A DNA stretch of 64,000 nt from an uncultured Mollicutes bacterium (GCA_947652375.1 CANTCS010000001.1:132976-196975); one strand, 5' to 3'. Shown: positions 37,297 to 48,466, numbered from the stretch's first letter. Made by a program: numbers and translations. Notes: generated by a model from the letters alone, not told the origin.

Positions 37297-37314
37297 AAAT
37301 TACCTCTTTTTCTC

Positions 37315-37602
37315 TTAGTCTTCTACTCTTATGATTAGATGACGAAGTAAATTTTCATTAATTCTAGCAACACGATTAAATTCTTGTTCAGCTTCATTTC
37401 CAGCTTCTACTAAATATAGAAAATAGTATCCTGTATTGAACTTTTTGATTTCATAAGCTAATTCTTTTTGACCTATTGCTTTTTCTTCTAAAACTTTTGC
37501 TTTAGCATCTGTTAAAACCTTTTTCATAGCTTCAGCTGTTTTTCTGATTTCAGCTTCTTCCATATCAGGTCTTACAATAAACATAATTTCATATTTATTC
37601 AT
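37315..37602 (-). CDS. rpsF: 30S ribosomal protein S6
   Basis: MNKYEIMFIVRPDMEE... RBS AAAGGAGGTG upstream of ATG at 37602. Confidence 0.92.
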   Translation of the reverse strand: MNKYEIMFIVRPDMEEAEIRKTAEAMKKVLTDAKAKVLEEKAIGQKELAYEIKKFNTGYYFLYLVEAGNEAEQEFNRVARINENLLRHLIIRVED

Positions 37603-37743
37603 TTTTTGCACCTCCTTTTGGACTTTTGACTCATTCAAAATGAGTAAGGAGTATTTTAATACTCGGATGTATTATATCAGAGGATAATACTTTTGTCTAG
37701 TCTTTTAGAAGTATTTATTGATTTCAAAAACACTTTCTAAATG

Positions 37744-37977
37744 CTATGATTGATAATAACATGAGTCAATTAATTTTTTATATTTTTCTTCAGGATTAGA
37801 AAAGCCAAGATTATATAAAATATCATATGCATTTTCTTTACTCATTTGAAAAAAACAATCATCTCTTTTTAAAATTTCATTTATTAGATAATATTTTTTT
37901 AATTCTTCTTCAGGAAATGGTGTTGTTTGTTTTAAGATTTTAATTTTATTACAGATTATCTCTTTTAATTCATTCAT
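37744..37977 (-). CDS. Hypothetical small protein
   Basis: 77-aa ORF overlapping the stop of the upstream gene by 4 nt. Confidence 0.35.
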   Translation of the reverse strand: MNELKEIICNKIKILKQTTPFPEEELKKYYLINEILKRDDCFFQMSKENAYDILYNLGFSNPEEKYKKLIDSCYYQS

Positions 37978-39026
37978 TTTTTCCCTCCTCTTGAAGATAT
38001 CTTATAGTTATCTGCATTTAATTCAATATCATCATTTAAAGCTTGAAGATTATATGCTTCATCTTCTGAAACTTCACAAAGACCATCTTTTTTCGTGTAT
38101 AAAAAATTTATTCCATTTATGCATGGATGAAAATCACAATACCTAATTTGTTTTGTTTCAGGTGGACAATAATTAATAAGCAACCCTAGATAAATATTTT
38201 CGTCTTTCTTTACTTTAATATAATCATTTGTAATTCTTGCTTGGTCTTCTGATGATAAAAATATTTTTATTAAATTATTTAAATACATTATATTACTAAT
38301 TGTATCTAATTCAGAATCTTTTAATAATATTTTTATTTCGGAGAAAAGTGAATTTATGCTAGGTTGATTTTCTCTTTTATATTTTTTATAAGTCGAATTT
38401 GTATTTAGTATTTCAAGTAATTTTGTAATTTGATGAGAAAATGTTGGTTTTTCTATTTTTACAAGTAAATCTTTTGATATTTTTGCATCGGTTATTTTTT
38501 TAGCAATTATTTGATTATCCTCATCTTTTTCATAGATTAAAAAATTATTTGGAACTATTCCTAGTTTACTTCTAGTTATATCTGAAAATTCAAAACCATT
38601 TGTCAAGTCTTTGGAATTTTCTGTAGCATCTGCATATACTATATATCCATCTGCTTTAAAAAATACTCTACTATGCATACCACCTTTATTTATAACGGCA
38701 GGAAAATTTTTACTCTCTAAAAAAAGGGCAAATAAAGATGCCCAAATAGTGCAAATTATCGATGAATCTTCTTCAGTAATATTATTTACTTTTTTATTTT
38801 TTAAAAAATCAAAGTCTGTTTTAAATGCTAAAAAATATTCGTCATATGAAACTTTTTTGTTAAGTGATGTATAAATTTCATAGGCTAATGCTATACCTGT
38901 TAATGATTCATCAACATCATCCATTACATAATTATAAAATTCGGGATTAATACTTTCTTTTTCGTTAACTTTAGTACCATATTTTGATAAATCATCATCT
39001 TGTTGATATGTTCTTAATTCTTGCAT
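37974..39026 (-). CDS. Hypothetical protein with transglutaminase-like Cys-His-Asp core
   Basis: SSIICTIWASLFALFLESKNFPA...GMHSRVFF...YADATE resembles the transglutaminase-like cysteine peptidase core. Confidence 0.45.
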   Translation of the reverse strand: MQELRTYQQDDDLSKYGTKVNEKESINPEFYNYVMDDVDESLTGIALAYEIYTSLNKKVSYDEYFLAFKTDFDFLKNKKVNNITEEDSSIICTIWASLFALFLESKNFPAVINKGGMHSRVFFKADGYIVYADATENSKDLTNGFEFSDITRSKLGIVPNNFLIYEKDEDNQIIAKKITDAKISKDLLVKIEKPTFSHQITKLLEILNTNSTYKKYKRENQPSINSLFSEIKILLKDSELDTISNIMYLNNLIKIFLSSEDQARITNDYIKVKKDENIYLGLLINYCPPETKQIRYCDFHPCINGINFLYTKKDGLCEVSEDEAYNLQALNDDIELNADNYKISSRGGKK

Positions 39027-39039
39027 AAATTACCTCACT

Positions 39040-40140
39040 TTAAACATTAAATCTAAAATGACAAATATCTCCATCTTGCATTAAATATTCTTTTCCCTCT
39101 AGACGTGCACGTCCTGATTCTTTTACTTTTAATTCACTACCACATTCAATTAAATCATTATAAGATATTACTTCTGCTCTTATAAAACCTTTTTCAAAGT
39201 CAGTATGAATTATTCCTGCACATTGTTTAGCATTCATGCCTTTTTTAAATGTCCAAGCTCTAACTTCATCTTTTCCTACAGTAAAATATGTTGCTAGTCC
39301 TAGGATATCATAAGTTGCTGTTATAAGTTTATCTAAGCCTGAGCCATCTAATCCTAGTCCTTCTAGCATTTCTTCTTTATCTGCTTTATCTAGTTCACTT
39401 AATTCTTCTTCTACTTTTGCACATAAACTAACTACACGAGCATTTTCTAATTTGGCATAATCTTTTACTTTTTTTACATATTCATTGTCTATATTTCCTA
39501 ATTCACTTTCTTTGACATTAGCTAAATATATAATTGGTTTTAGTGTTAAAAAACTATATGATTTAATAATCTTTTTTTCTTCATCTGTTAAAGATATTTG
39601 TCTAATAGGTTTATTTTCTAATAAAGCATTCTTACATTTTTCTAATGTTTCTACTTCTAAGATATCATCTTTATTTTTACTTGTTCTTGCTTTTTTAGCA
39701 ACTTTTTCTAAGCGATTATTTATTATGTCTAAATCGGAAATGGCTAATTCTAGATTTATTGTTTCTATATCTCTGATTGGATCAATATTACCTTCCACAT
39801 GAATAATTTTTCCATCATCAAAACATCTAACTACTTCTACAATAGCATCTACTTCTCTAATATGAGATAAAAATTTATTTCCTAAACCTTCTCCTTTGGA
39901 TGCTCCTTTTACTAAGCCTGCTATATCTGTAAATTCATAAGCGGTTGGAATAAATTTATTAGGTTCATACATATTCTTTAATTTATCCATTCTCTCATCT
40001 GGAACTGTTACAACTCCAACATTTGGTTCAATTGTTGCAAAAGGATAATTCTCTGCTAAAATTTTTTGATTAGTAATTGCATTAAATAAAGTTGATTTTC
40101 CAACATTTGGTAAACCTACTATTCCTGCTGTTAAACTCAT
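39040..40140 (-). CDS. ychF: Ribosome-binding ATPase YchF
   Basis: GIVGLPNVGKSTLFNAIT G1 motif, TGS domain C-terminus. Confidence 0.93.
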   Translation of the reverse strand: MSLTAGIVGLPNVGKSTLFNAITNQKILAENYPFATIEPNVGVVTVPDERMDKLKNMYEPNKFIPTAYEFTDIAGLVKGASKGEGLGNKFLSHIREVDAIVEVVRCFDDGKIIHVEGNIDPIRDIETINLELAISDLDIINNRLEKVAKKARTSKNKDDILEVETLEKCKNALLENKPIRQISLTDEEKKIIKSYSFLTLKPIIYLANVKESELGNIDNEYVKKVKDYAKLENARVVSLCAKVEEELSELDKADKEEMLEGLGLDGSGLDKLITATYDILGLATYFTVGKDEVRAWTFKKGMNAKQCAGIIHTDFEKGFIRAEVISYNDLIECGSELKVKESGRARLEGKEYLMQDGDICHFRFNV

Positions 40141-40252
40141 AATATTACCTCTTTTCTTTGTCAATTATATCATATTTTTCTATATTTTCTCTAGTTTAAT
40201 TACTGAAGATATATTCTAGTCCCATTATAAAATATGGAACAATATATATTTT

Positions 40253-40672
40253 TTAATTATTTATATAATGAATTTTTATTTCTATATTTCCTTTTCCATC
40301 AAAATATTCTAATTCATAATCATATTTTTTTCTATAGCAATCTATTTCTTTTTCATATATTTGTTGTAAGTTCTCTTTTCTGCCTTTAAAGGTTTCCCAT
40401 TCTTCAAGATTAGGTAAATTAATTTCAATATAACTAATGTCAAAATTTGCTTTAGAAAAATCAATAGATTTTATTTTGTTTAATATATCTTCATCATCTA
40501 TAACACCTAAAGCATAATCAAAATATAAGTAATCTTCTGACCAATTCATACCTAATCCAATTAGTTTTTTTGAATCAATATTGGAACTAAATAAATCCCA
40601 ATATTGGCCTAATAAATTTTCTTGTTCCCAATTAAGACATCTAACTTTAATTTTATATCCTTTATATATCAT
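40253..40672 (-). CDS. Hypothetical protein
   Basis: 139-aa ORF. No motif recognised. Confidence 0.35.
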   Translation of the reverse strand: MIYKGYKIKVRCLNWEQENLLGQYWDLFSSNIDSKKLIGLGMNWSEDYLYFDYALGVIDDEDILNKIKSIDFSKANFDISYIEINLPNLEEWETFKGRKENLQQIYEKEIDCYRKKYDYELEYFDGKGNIEIKIHYINN

Positions 40673-40987
40673 ATTTTGCCTCCTACTCTGCTTTTATTAT
40701 ATCACTTGTAAAATAATAAATTATCTGAAAAGTTTAGATTTTTTTATAAAATATTAAAAAATTTTATTTAATGCAAAGTTTTTTTTAATTATCTTTTTTT
40801 TATTAACAATACATAATATCTATATTGTTAATTGACAGACTATATTTTTTAATGACAATTGCATATTTATTTTTTTAAATTAATTGTTAAATTAACTTTA
40901 TAAGAAATAGATTTTTAAACTTAAAGATATTATTATTCATATAAAACATGATATTTGCATATAAAAAACACCATATGGTGTATGGTG

Positions 40988-42583
40988 TTAAAGGGTTGGA
41001 TATACTCCTGGTCCTATTGGTAAGCCTATTATGTACCAACCTATTATTAATAAAATCCATGTTACTGAAATTAATAAAAAATATGGAGTTATTAATTTTA
41101 AAGATTTTCTTATTGTATATGGTTTTTCTTTATGTAAATTATAAATATTTAGATAACCAATATATATTACAAAAGAAGCTAAAAGTGGAGTATATCCTTT
41201 TGTCATTGAATCTGCAACACGTATTACAAGTTGAGCAAATTGTGGAGATATATTAGCTTGCATAAACATTGGTACAACCACTGGTGAAAATATAATCCAT
41301 TTACTCGTTGTGGATGTTAATAAAAGATTTGATAAAGCAATTAAAATAACTGTTACTATAATTAATGGTAATCCACTAAATGAAAGATGTTCTAATAATG
41401 AAGCTAACCATGCTGTTACTATATATCCTATATTACTTTTTCTAAATACAGCTATAAATTGAGATGCTACAAATATTAAAATTAATATGCTTCCACGTTC
41501 ATTAAACTTTTTACTAGCATTTTCTATAATATCTTTATCATTTTTTATTGATTTACTACCTATTCCGTATGCTATACCTGCTAAAATGAATAATAATGAA
41601 ACTAAATAAGTAAATCCATCTTGAAAATATGAATTTTCTCCAAATAATTGATTTACATAAGCATTTTCTTTCATATCTAATAACATTCCAGAATAAGGGA
41701 GATTTGGTATTAAAGAGTAGACAAATATAAAAATAATTAAAATTGTGATTATTAATGCAATTCTCAAACCTCTTTTTTCATATTTATCTTTTTCTAATTG
41801 CATTTGTTCTTGTTCTTCTAAATTTAATATTTGAAATTGCTCTGTCTTAGCAAGTTCGTCTTCTTTTTTATATTTTCCTAATTTAGGTGAAACTATTTTT
41901 TCGATAATAATTGTTCCTACTATTGATAAAATAATTGTTGCTACTATTATAAAAATTAAATTTGATATTAAAGCAATATGGGAATTTTCATCTATTAAAG
42001 AAGCTGCTACTTTTGTATAGTCCATTAGAGACACTTCCATAGATCCTACAAAAATTGAAACTCCATAACCAAATGAAACACCGCAAAATGCTGTTATGAT
42101 ACCAAGAATTGGATTTCTATTACTAATAAAATAGATTAAGGCGGCTAAAGGAATTAAAATTGCATAACCTACCTCATTTATAAGAGAAGATATTATTGAA
42201 ATAAAAATTAATAAGAATGTTAAAGTAAATTTTGGGAATTTACTGATATGTCTTTTAGTTAGTGTTTCAATAAATCCTGTTCCCTCTGCTACTGAAAGTC
42301 CTATTAATGATATTAATAGCATTCCTAATGGTCCAAAACTTAGAAAATTTCTAGTAGCATTGCTTATTATAAATTTTAAGCCATCAAATGAAAGTAAATT
42401 TTCAACTGCAACAAGAGTTGGTTCTAGTTCTTTTGTACTTGTATTAATAGTGTTATAAGTAGCTTGAATTTCAAATTTAGATAAAATACTACTAGCTATA
42501 AGTGTTAATAAAGTAAGAAATAAAAATATAGTAATTGGATGAAAGTAAAATTTTTTTAATTTTATTTTTTTATAATCATTCAT
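40988..42583 (-). CDS. AbgT-family transporter (p-aminobenzoyl-glutamate / antimetabolite efflux family)
   Basis: 531 aa, multi-TM. N-terminal region ...VENLLSFDGLKFIISNATRNFLSFGPLGMLLISLIGLSVAE typical of AbgT. Confidence 0.7.
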   Translation of the reverse strand: MNDYKKIKLKKFYFHPITIFLFLTLLTLIASSILSKFEIQATYNTINTSTKELEPTLVAVENLLSFDGLKFIISNATRNFLSFGPLGMLLISLIGLSVAEGTGFIETLTKRHISKFPKFTLTFLLIFISIISSLINEVGYAILIPLAALIYFISNRNPILGIITAFCGVSFGYGVSIFVGSMEVSLMDYTKVAASLIDENSHIALISNLIFIIVATIILSIVGTIIIEKIVSPKLGKYKKEDELAKTEQFQILNLEEQEQMQLEKDKYEKRGLRIALIITILIIFIFVYSLIPNLPYSGMLLDMKENAYVNQLFGENSYFQDGFTYLVSLLFILAGIAYGIGSKSIKNDKDIIENASKKFNERGSILILIFVASQFIAVFRKSNIGYIVTAWLASLLEHLSFSGLPLIIVTVILIALSNLLLTSTTSKWIIFSPVVVPMFMQANISPQFAQLVIRVADSMTKGYTPLLASFVIYIGYLNIYNLHKEKPYTIRKSLKLITPYFLLISVTWILLIIGWYIIGLPIGPGVYPTL

Positions 42584-42595
42584 AGATATACCTCT

Positions 42596-42781
42596 CTATT
42601 CTTTTATTTTTTTCAATTTCTTGTTAAATTCTATTCTTGGGATAAGTACTGTTCTTCCACATTTTAAACACTTAATTTTTATATCTGCACCTAATCTCAC
42701 TATTTCCCATTCATTTGTTCCGCATGGATGTTGTTTTTTCATGACAACTATAGAACCAAGTTTATAATTTTTACTTTCCAT
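42596..42781 (-). CDS. DUF951 (YyzM-like) small zinc-ribbon protein
   Basis: 61 aa, GSIVVMKKQHPCG...CLKCGR. Confidence 0.55.
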   Translation of the reverse strand: MESKNYKLGSIVVMKKQHPCGTNEWEIVRLGADIKIKCLKCGRTVLIPRIEFNKKLKKIKE

Positions 42782-43601
42782 TATGCACCTCTATTTGTTG
42801 ATATGGTATTTTTATTTTTGCTTTATCCAATGCTTTTTTTATTTCTTTTTTTAAATATCTTTCTACTGCTATTTGTTTCATAGACTCTGTTTCAACTATA
42901 ATTCTATAAATTACTGAGGAATCAGATAATTCGTTGACTCCTAATAATTCTAAGTTATTAGTTGCATATGGAATTTTACCATTAAGCTCATTAAATAGTT
43001 CATTAAATACTTTTTCTATTTTTTCTTCTGAACATTCGTAAGCTACAGCAACATCTACAACTGCTAATGAATTATTATTACTATAATTGATTAAGTTATC
43101 CATATAATGATTAGATATTATTTTTATGGCACCTTTAAAATTCTTAATTCGAGTTGTTTTTAATCCTATTGAAACTACTTCTCCCATGAAACCATCTACT
43201 TCGATTGTGTCTCCAACTTCATAAAAATTTTCTGTTATAATTGTAAAGCCTGCTATTAAATCTTTGGCTAAATCTTGAAATGCTAATCCAATTAGTGCTG
43301 TTCCTATTCCAAGTCCTGCTAAAATTGATTTTACATTGATACCAAATTCCGATAAAATGGCTAATACAATTAAAGTTGATAATGTGTATTTTATAACATT
43401 TATTATTAAAATTTTTAAAGTATTTATCTTTTGTTTTTGATAATTTTTTAAATATTTTTCACTTTTTAAAGCTTTAGTAATAATTCTTTTTAGTAGTTTA
43501 AATAAAACAATTCCAACAAAAATGTATACAAATGATAAAATTATAGATTTAATTTTTAAAGAAATTCCAAATAAAGTTAACATATTATCTTTCGACCTCA
43601 A
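42771..43601 (-). CDS. Small-conductance mechanosensitive channel (MscS family)
   Basis: TM helices plus ...ITENFYEVGDTIEVDGFMGEVVSIGLKTTRIKN beta-domain. Confidence 0.8.
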   Translation of the reverse strand: MRSKDNMLTLFGISLKIKSIILSFVYIFVGIVLFKLLKRIITKALKSEKYLKNYQKQKINTLKILIINVIKYTLSTLIVLAILSEFGINVKSILAGLGIGTALIGLAFQDLAKDLIAGFTIITENFYEVGDTIEVDGFMGEVVSIGLKTTRIKNFKGAIKIISNHYMDNLINYSNNNSLAVVDVAVAYECSEEKIEKVFNELFNELNGKIPYATNNLELLGVNELSDSSVIYRIIVETESMKQIAVERYLKKEIKKALDKAKIKIPYQQIEVHNGK

Positions 43602-44505
43602 TATTTAAAATTTCTAGAATTCTATTTAAATCATTTCCATTGACAAAACTAATTTCAATTTTATTCTTTTTGATAAGAACTTTTGTACCTAATTTATCGC
43701 TTAGTTCATTTTGTAAATAATTATATTCACTATAATTATTTTCTCGATGATGTTGTGGATTTGCTTTAACAATTGTTGGAGCTTTAGTTAAATCTTCTAA
43801 TTCTCTAACACTAATTCCCTCATTTAAAACTTTATTAACTAATTCTTGTTGCTGATTACTATTTTCTAATTTGCTTAAAACTCGTGCATGTCCCATTGAA
43901 ATATTTTTTTTACTAATTTCATTTTGAATATTAAGAGGTAATGTTAACAAACCTAACATATTAGTAATATGACTTCGGCTTTTTCCTAATCTTTTTGCTA
44001 ATTGGTCTTGAGTTATGGAAAGTGTATCTAATAATTTTCTATATGCAGTAGCTTCTTCTATTGATGTTAAGTTTTCTCTTTGAAGATTTTCAAGTAAGGC
44101 TATTTCCATCATTTGTGTATCATTAAAATCTCTAATTATTGCAGGAATTTCTGTTTTTCCTGCCATAAGAGATGCTTTTACTCTTCGCTCACCAGCTATA
44201 ATTTCGTAACCTTTTATAGATTTTTTTACTATTATTGGTTGAAATACTCCATGTTCTTTTATTGAATTTGCTAATTCTTCTAAAGCTGTTTCATCAAATA
44301 TCTTTCTTGGCTGATAAGGGTTACTTCTTAGTTCATTTAAAGATATCATAGTTATTTCATCTTTTGATGAATCTTTAACTATTTTTTCTTCTACTGCACT
44401 ATAATCTAAAACTTCACTATTAAATAATTCTTCTAAGCCTCTTCCTAAAGCTCTTCTTTTTGGAATTCCACTTTCATTTATATTATTTGTTTCCATTTCT
44501 TTCAA
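43585..44505 (-). CDS. parB: Chromosome partitioning protein ParB/Spo0J
   Basis: ParB box GERRVKAS, HTH, 306 aa. Immediately downstream of parA. Confidence 0.92.
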   Translation of the reverse strand: MKEMETNNINESGIPKRRALGRGLEELFNSEVLDYSAVEEKIVKDSSKDEITMISLNELRSNPYQPRKIFDETALEELANSIKEHGVFQPIIVKKSIKGYEIIAGERRVKASLMAGKTEIPAIIRDFNDTQMMEIALLENLQRENLTSIEEATAYRKLLDTLSITQDQLAKRLGKSRSHITNMLGLLTLPLNIQNEISKKNISMGHARVLSKLENSNQQQELVNKVLNEGISVRELEDLTKAPTIVKANPQHHRENNYSEYNYLQNELSDKLGTKVLIKKNKIEISFVNGNDLNRILEILNIEVER

Positions 44506-45271
44506 TCACTTCCTTTGCTAGATTAATGTAGGCTTCTGAACCTCTACTTTTAGGATCATATGCTATAATTGGTTCTCCGTGTGATGGAGCTTCTGTTAAT
44601 CTCACTAATCTAGGAATTATTGTATTGTAGACTTTTTCTTTAAAAAATTTCCTGATATCATCTACTACTTCAAATCCTAAGTTTGTCCTTGAGTCCAACA
44701 TTGTTAAAAGAACTCCTTCAATATCTAAAGTTGGATTTAAACTTTTTTGAGCTAACATAATTGTTTTTAATAATTGTGTAATTCCTTCTAATGCAAAAAA
44801 TTCACATTGTACTGGAATAATGACAGAATTTGAGGCAGTTAATGCATTTGTTGTTATTAATCCAAGTGATGGAGGGCAATCAATTATTACATAATCAAAA
44901 CTATCTTTTATATCTATTAAACTATTTTTTAATTGTTCACCTTTTTTAAAACCATTTTCTATACGACTTTTTTCTAATAATTCTGTATCTAATCCTGCTA
45001 AATTAATTGTTGCTGGTAGAACATATAATTTTTTATATTTAGTTTTAATCATAGCTTCAGTTACTTTACATTCTCCTATTAAAACATCATATATACTTTT
45101 ATCTATTTCCCCTTTGTTTATTCCTACACCAGTAGTTGTATTTCCTTGAGGATCTAAGTCTATTAATAATACTTTTTTACCTAATACTGCTAATGATGCA
45201 GAAAGATTGATACTAGTGGTAGTCTTTCCTACACCACCTTTTTGATTAACTAACGATATAACCTTTCCCAT
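44483..45271 (-). CDS. parA: Chromosome partitioning ATPase ParA/Soj
   Basis: Deviant Walker A NQKGGVGKTTT. Confidence 0.95.
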   Translation of the reverse strand: MGKVISLVNQKGGVGKTTTSINLSASLAVLGKKVLLIDLDPQGNTTTGVGINKGEIDKSIYDVLIGECKVTEAMIKTKYKKLYVLPATINLAGLDTELLEKSRIENGFKKGEQLKNSLIDIKDSFDYVIIDCPPSLGLITTNALTASNSVIIPVQCEFFALEGITQLLKTIMLAQKSLNPTLDIEGVLLTMLDSRTNLGFEVVDDIRKFFKEKVYNTIIPRLVRLTEAPSHGEPIIAYDPKSRGSEAYINLAKEVIERNGNK

Positions 45272-45402
45272 CTAATCACCCATTTTCCATTTTTCTAATA
45301 TATTGTATCAAATAAAAAATATTTTTTAAATGCTTTTATGAAAAAAAGTAGACTTTTATAAGAAATATAATTTTTATAACTATAAATTCTTAATAATCTA
45401 CT

Positions 45403-46683
45403 TTAATTATTATCTTTATCTAATTTTATAATTATTTGATATGATTTTTCAAAATTCATTTCATCTGTATTAACTGTAATTCCATGTTGTTCTAAATCTT
45501 CAACTAAATTTCTTATTTTTTCTGTTGCCTCTTCTATACTATAATTTTCTTTTGTATAAGTATTAATTGATTCATTAAAATTAGAAATTTCAGGGATATT
45601 TATTGATGATAAATCAGGTGTTTTAAAATAGTCTTCTTGATTATTTTCTAGTGGATCTGTTTTTACAATTTTTTCTGCTGGTGTTATAAAATTATCACTC
45701 ATTTTATTATTAATTGATCCATTTATATTTAAAAGACTATCTAGATCTCCTCCTATTGCTGAAGTATTAATATCTTCAGAGTTGTTTTTTATACTATTTA
45801 TATCTACTGTTGAAATAGCTGGAGGGATATCAAAAGAATTACCATCATCTTCATCCTCATCTTCTTCGATTTCTCCATAGTTTATGAATTTATTAATAGG
45901 AGCTTCCTCTCCAACAGGAGGTGCAATTGTTACTTTGCCATAATTAGATTTATCTTCAGGTAAATCAGCAGTTGGAATTAATGGATTATCATTAACATAT
46001 GCATTAGATAATTCACTTATATCTTTAGGTGGAAGAGGAATATAATTGTTATTCATATCATCTGATTCTTCTTTATTATAGATATTTTTTATTTCTTCTT
46101 CTAATAATCGTACACTCATTTTATTTTCTATTACTTTTTTTAACATTTCTTTTTGATTTTTTGCATCTGGGATGTTTAATAAAGTCCTTGCATGTCTTTC
46201 TGAGATTTGTTCTTTTAATAAAGCATCTTGAATTTCATCTGGTAATGTTAATAATCTTATTTTATTTGCTACTGCCGATTGACTTTTTCCCATTGTTTTA
46301 GCTAGGTCTTGTTGAGTCATCTCATCAAGTTCAATTATTTTTTGGTAAGTTCTTGCTTCTTCTATGGGATTTAAATTTTTTCTTTGTAAGTTTTCTAATA
46401 AAGCGACTTTTGAACTTTCTTTATCATCTAAATCTCTTATAATAGCGGGTATTTTTGTCATTCCTGCTAAGGCTGAGGCTTTATATCTTCTTTCTCCTGC
46501 AATAATTTCATATTTACCATTAACATTTCTTACAATTATTGGTTGAATAACACCATGTTCTTTTATTGAAACTGCTAATTCTTTTAGTGCTTTCTCGTCA
46601 AATATTTCTCGTGGTTGAAATCTATTTGGAATTATATCATCTAAATATAGTTGAACAACTTCATCTTTTATGTCTTGATACAT
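45403..46683 (-). CDS. noc: ParB-family paralog in the Noc position, with ~170-aa acidic/Asn-rich C-terminal extension
   Basis: N-terminal ParB domain (GERRYKASALAG) plus HTH. C-terminal low-complexity region (EEDEDEDDG, N-rich). 426 aa, versus about 280 for typical Noc. Confidence 0.7.
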   Translation of the reverse strand: MYQDIKDEVVQLYLDDIIPNRFQPREIFDEKALKELAVSIKEHGVIQPIIVRNVNGKYEIIAGERRYKASALAGMTKIPAIIRDLDDKESSKVALLENLQRKNLNPIEEARTYQKIIELDEMTQQDLAKTMGKSQSAVANKIRLLTLPDEIQDALLKEQISERHARTLLNIPDAKNQKEMLKKVIENKMSVRLLEEEIKNIYNKEESDDMNNNYIPLPPKDISELSNAYVNDNPLIPTADLPEDKSNYGKVTIAPPVGEEAPINKFINYGEIEEDEDEDDGNSFDIPPAISTVDINSIKNNSEDINTSAIGGDLDSLLNINGSINNKMSDNFITPAEKIVKTDPLENNQEDYFKTPDLSSINIPEISNFNESINTYTKENYSIEEATEKIRNLVEDLEQHGITVNTDEMNFEKSYQIIIKLDKDNN

Positions 46684-47074
46684 AATATTCCCTCGCTTTA
46701 TTCTTTTTTATTTTCCCTATATTATCATTATAGTTTATTTTTATGAAGATTTCAACTACTATTTTTTTTAATGTGTGAAATAGAAAATTAAATTACAGTT
46801 TTAATAATTTAAAATAGAATTTAGTCTTGCACATAATTCCAGTTAAATATTTGTAAGACTTAATTCATTTTTTGGAAATTTGGAGGATTAAAAGTTGTTT
46901 TTTTAATAAAATTTGAAAAAGAAAAAATCTCTTTGAAAAAAAGAAAATTGTAAAAAAAGAATCTACTTTTAAAAATTTCTATGTATAGGTGAATTTATGC
47001 TTTAATATGTTAACTTAAGAGCTTTTGTTTTAATATCGTTTTTTATTAATTATTTAAATTAACTATTTTTTTAA

Positions 47075-48466
47075 TCATTTTTTTATTAATTTTTTAGATT
47101 TATCATTTTTTAGAAGTAAAGCTAAATGATTTAATAAAGCAACTAAGAAAAATAATTCGTAGTTCTTAGTATATTTTATATAATCTTTTTTAACAAAGTC
47201 TTTATAACGTCTATTAATATAGTTTATATTTCTTTGGTAATTAATTTTTTTCTTTTCTTGATAACTTTCGTAAATTGTTTCTTCTGGAGTTATAAAAAGG
47301 CTATTTAAAATTTCTTCTTCTAATCTTTTTTCTCCTTCAAAATAATTTTCATTAAAACTTTTTAACTCTTCTAAAAATGTTATATTATATATTAAAGATA
47401 AATCGTTATCTAAATTTGTTAAATCAATAATATTAGTTGTATTATTATCTTCGAATGTACACCAAGCATGGCTTTCATTATTATATGAACCTGTAATATA
47501 TTCTATATCAATATTAGCATATAAACAGATAGCTTTAAAAAGGCCTGAAAAATTACAACAAATTCCATAATTATCTTTAGATTCTAGTATAGATTTTAAA
47601 ATATTAGTATTATAATTAATAACTTTTTTATTTGATATTATATTAAAAATAGCATTTTTATCTTTTGATTTTTCTGACTTTTCTTCATTTAATAATGAAA
47701 ATATTTCTGGATCATAATCTATTTTTTTCATTACATAATAAGCTATTTTAATAATTTTTTGTTCTTCTGTTTCTTGTTTAAAATTAAAAGACTTTACAAT
47801 TTCTTTAATTTTTTTTAATATCATTTTTAAACTAATAAGTTCATCTTTAGAAAACATATTTACTTTAATTCTTGCTTTTATCGCATTGGGTAACTGTTCA
47901 TATAAATAATAAAAATTTACTTGTTCTAAATCTGTAGAATTATCCTTTGTCTCTAATGTTATTTCTTTATCTTCTTTTATCCATTCTATATTATTACTAT
48001 TTAATTGTAAGTTTTTAAAATTAATAATTAAAGTGATTCTTTTTAAATGAGCAAGATTATTTATTAAATTCTTAGCTTCATTTGTTAAATATTGATAATT
48101 TTTTATTTCTATTTCTTCTATATTTGGTAAATATAAAAAATCATTTAAATCAGATTTTAATCCATCAAATACAACTTTTTTTACTAATTGTAAATTCTCT
48201 CTATTAATTGATAAATCTATTTTATCTACTTCTGAATCGACTATAGTATCTTTTAATGGATTTTCTAAATTTATTTCTTTCATTTCTGGAAAATCTTTAT
48301 TAAGCTCGTAAATTGAATTATAAGTTGGTTCTGATATTTTTAGAGGATTTTTATTTTTATTTGGAATTATTGCGTTTGATAAAGAAGTTACTAGTAATGT
48401 TCCTAAAAGTGTTTTATAAGCTTTTCTTTTTATTAAAATAAAATTTAAATTAGATTCTTTAGTCAT
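47075..48466 (-). CDS. Secreted hypothetical protein with transglutaminase-like Cys-His-Asp core
   Basis: Signal/TM N-terminus. GICCNFSGLFKAICLYANIDIEYITG...SHAWCTF...IIDLTN matches transglutaminase-like core motifs. Confidence 0.55.
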   Translation of the reverse strand: MTKESNLNFILIKRKAYKTLLGTLLVTSLSNAIIPNKNKNPLKISEPTYNSIYELNKDFPEMKEINLENPLKDTIVDSEVDKIDLSINRENLQLVKKVVFDGLKSDLNDFLYLPNIEEIEIKNYQYLTNEAKNLINNLAHLKRITLIINFKNLQLNSNNIEWIKEDKEITLETKDNSTDLEQVNFYYLYEQLPNAIKARIKVNMFSKDELISLKMILKKIKEIVKSFNFKQETEEQKIIKIAYYVMKKIDYDPEIFSLLNEEKSEKSKDKNAIFNIISNKKVINYNTNILKSILESKDNYGICCNFSGLFKAICLYANIDIEYITGSYNNESHAWCTFEDNNTTNIIDLTNLDNDLSLIYNITFLEELKSFNENYFEGEKRLEEEILNSLFITPEETIYESYQEKKKINYQRNINYINRRYKDFVKKDYIKYTKNYELFFLVALLNHLALLLKNDKSKKLIKK

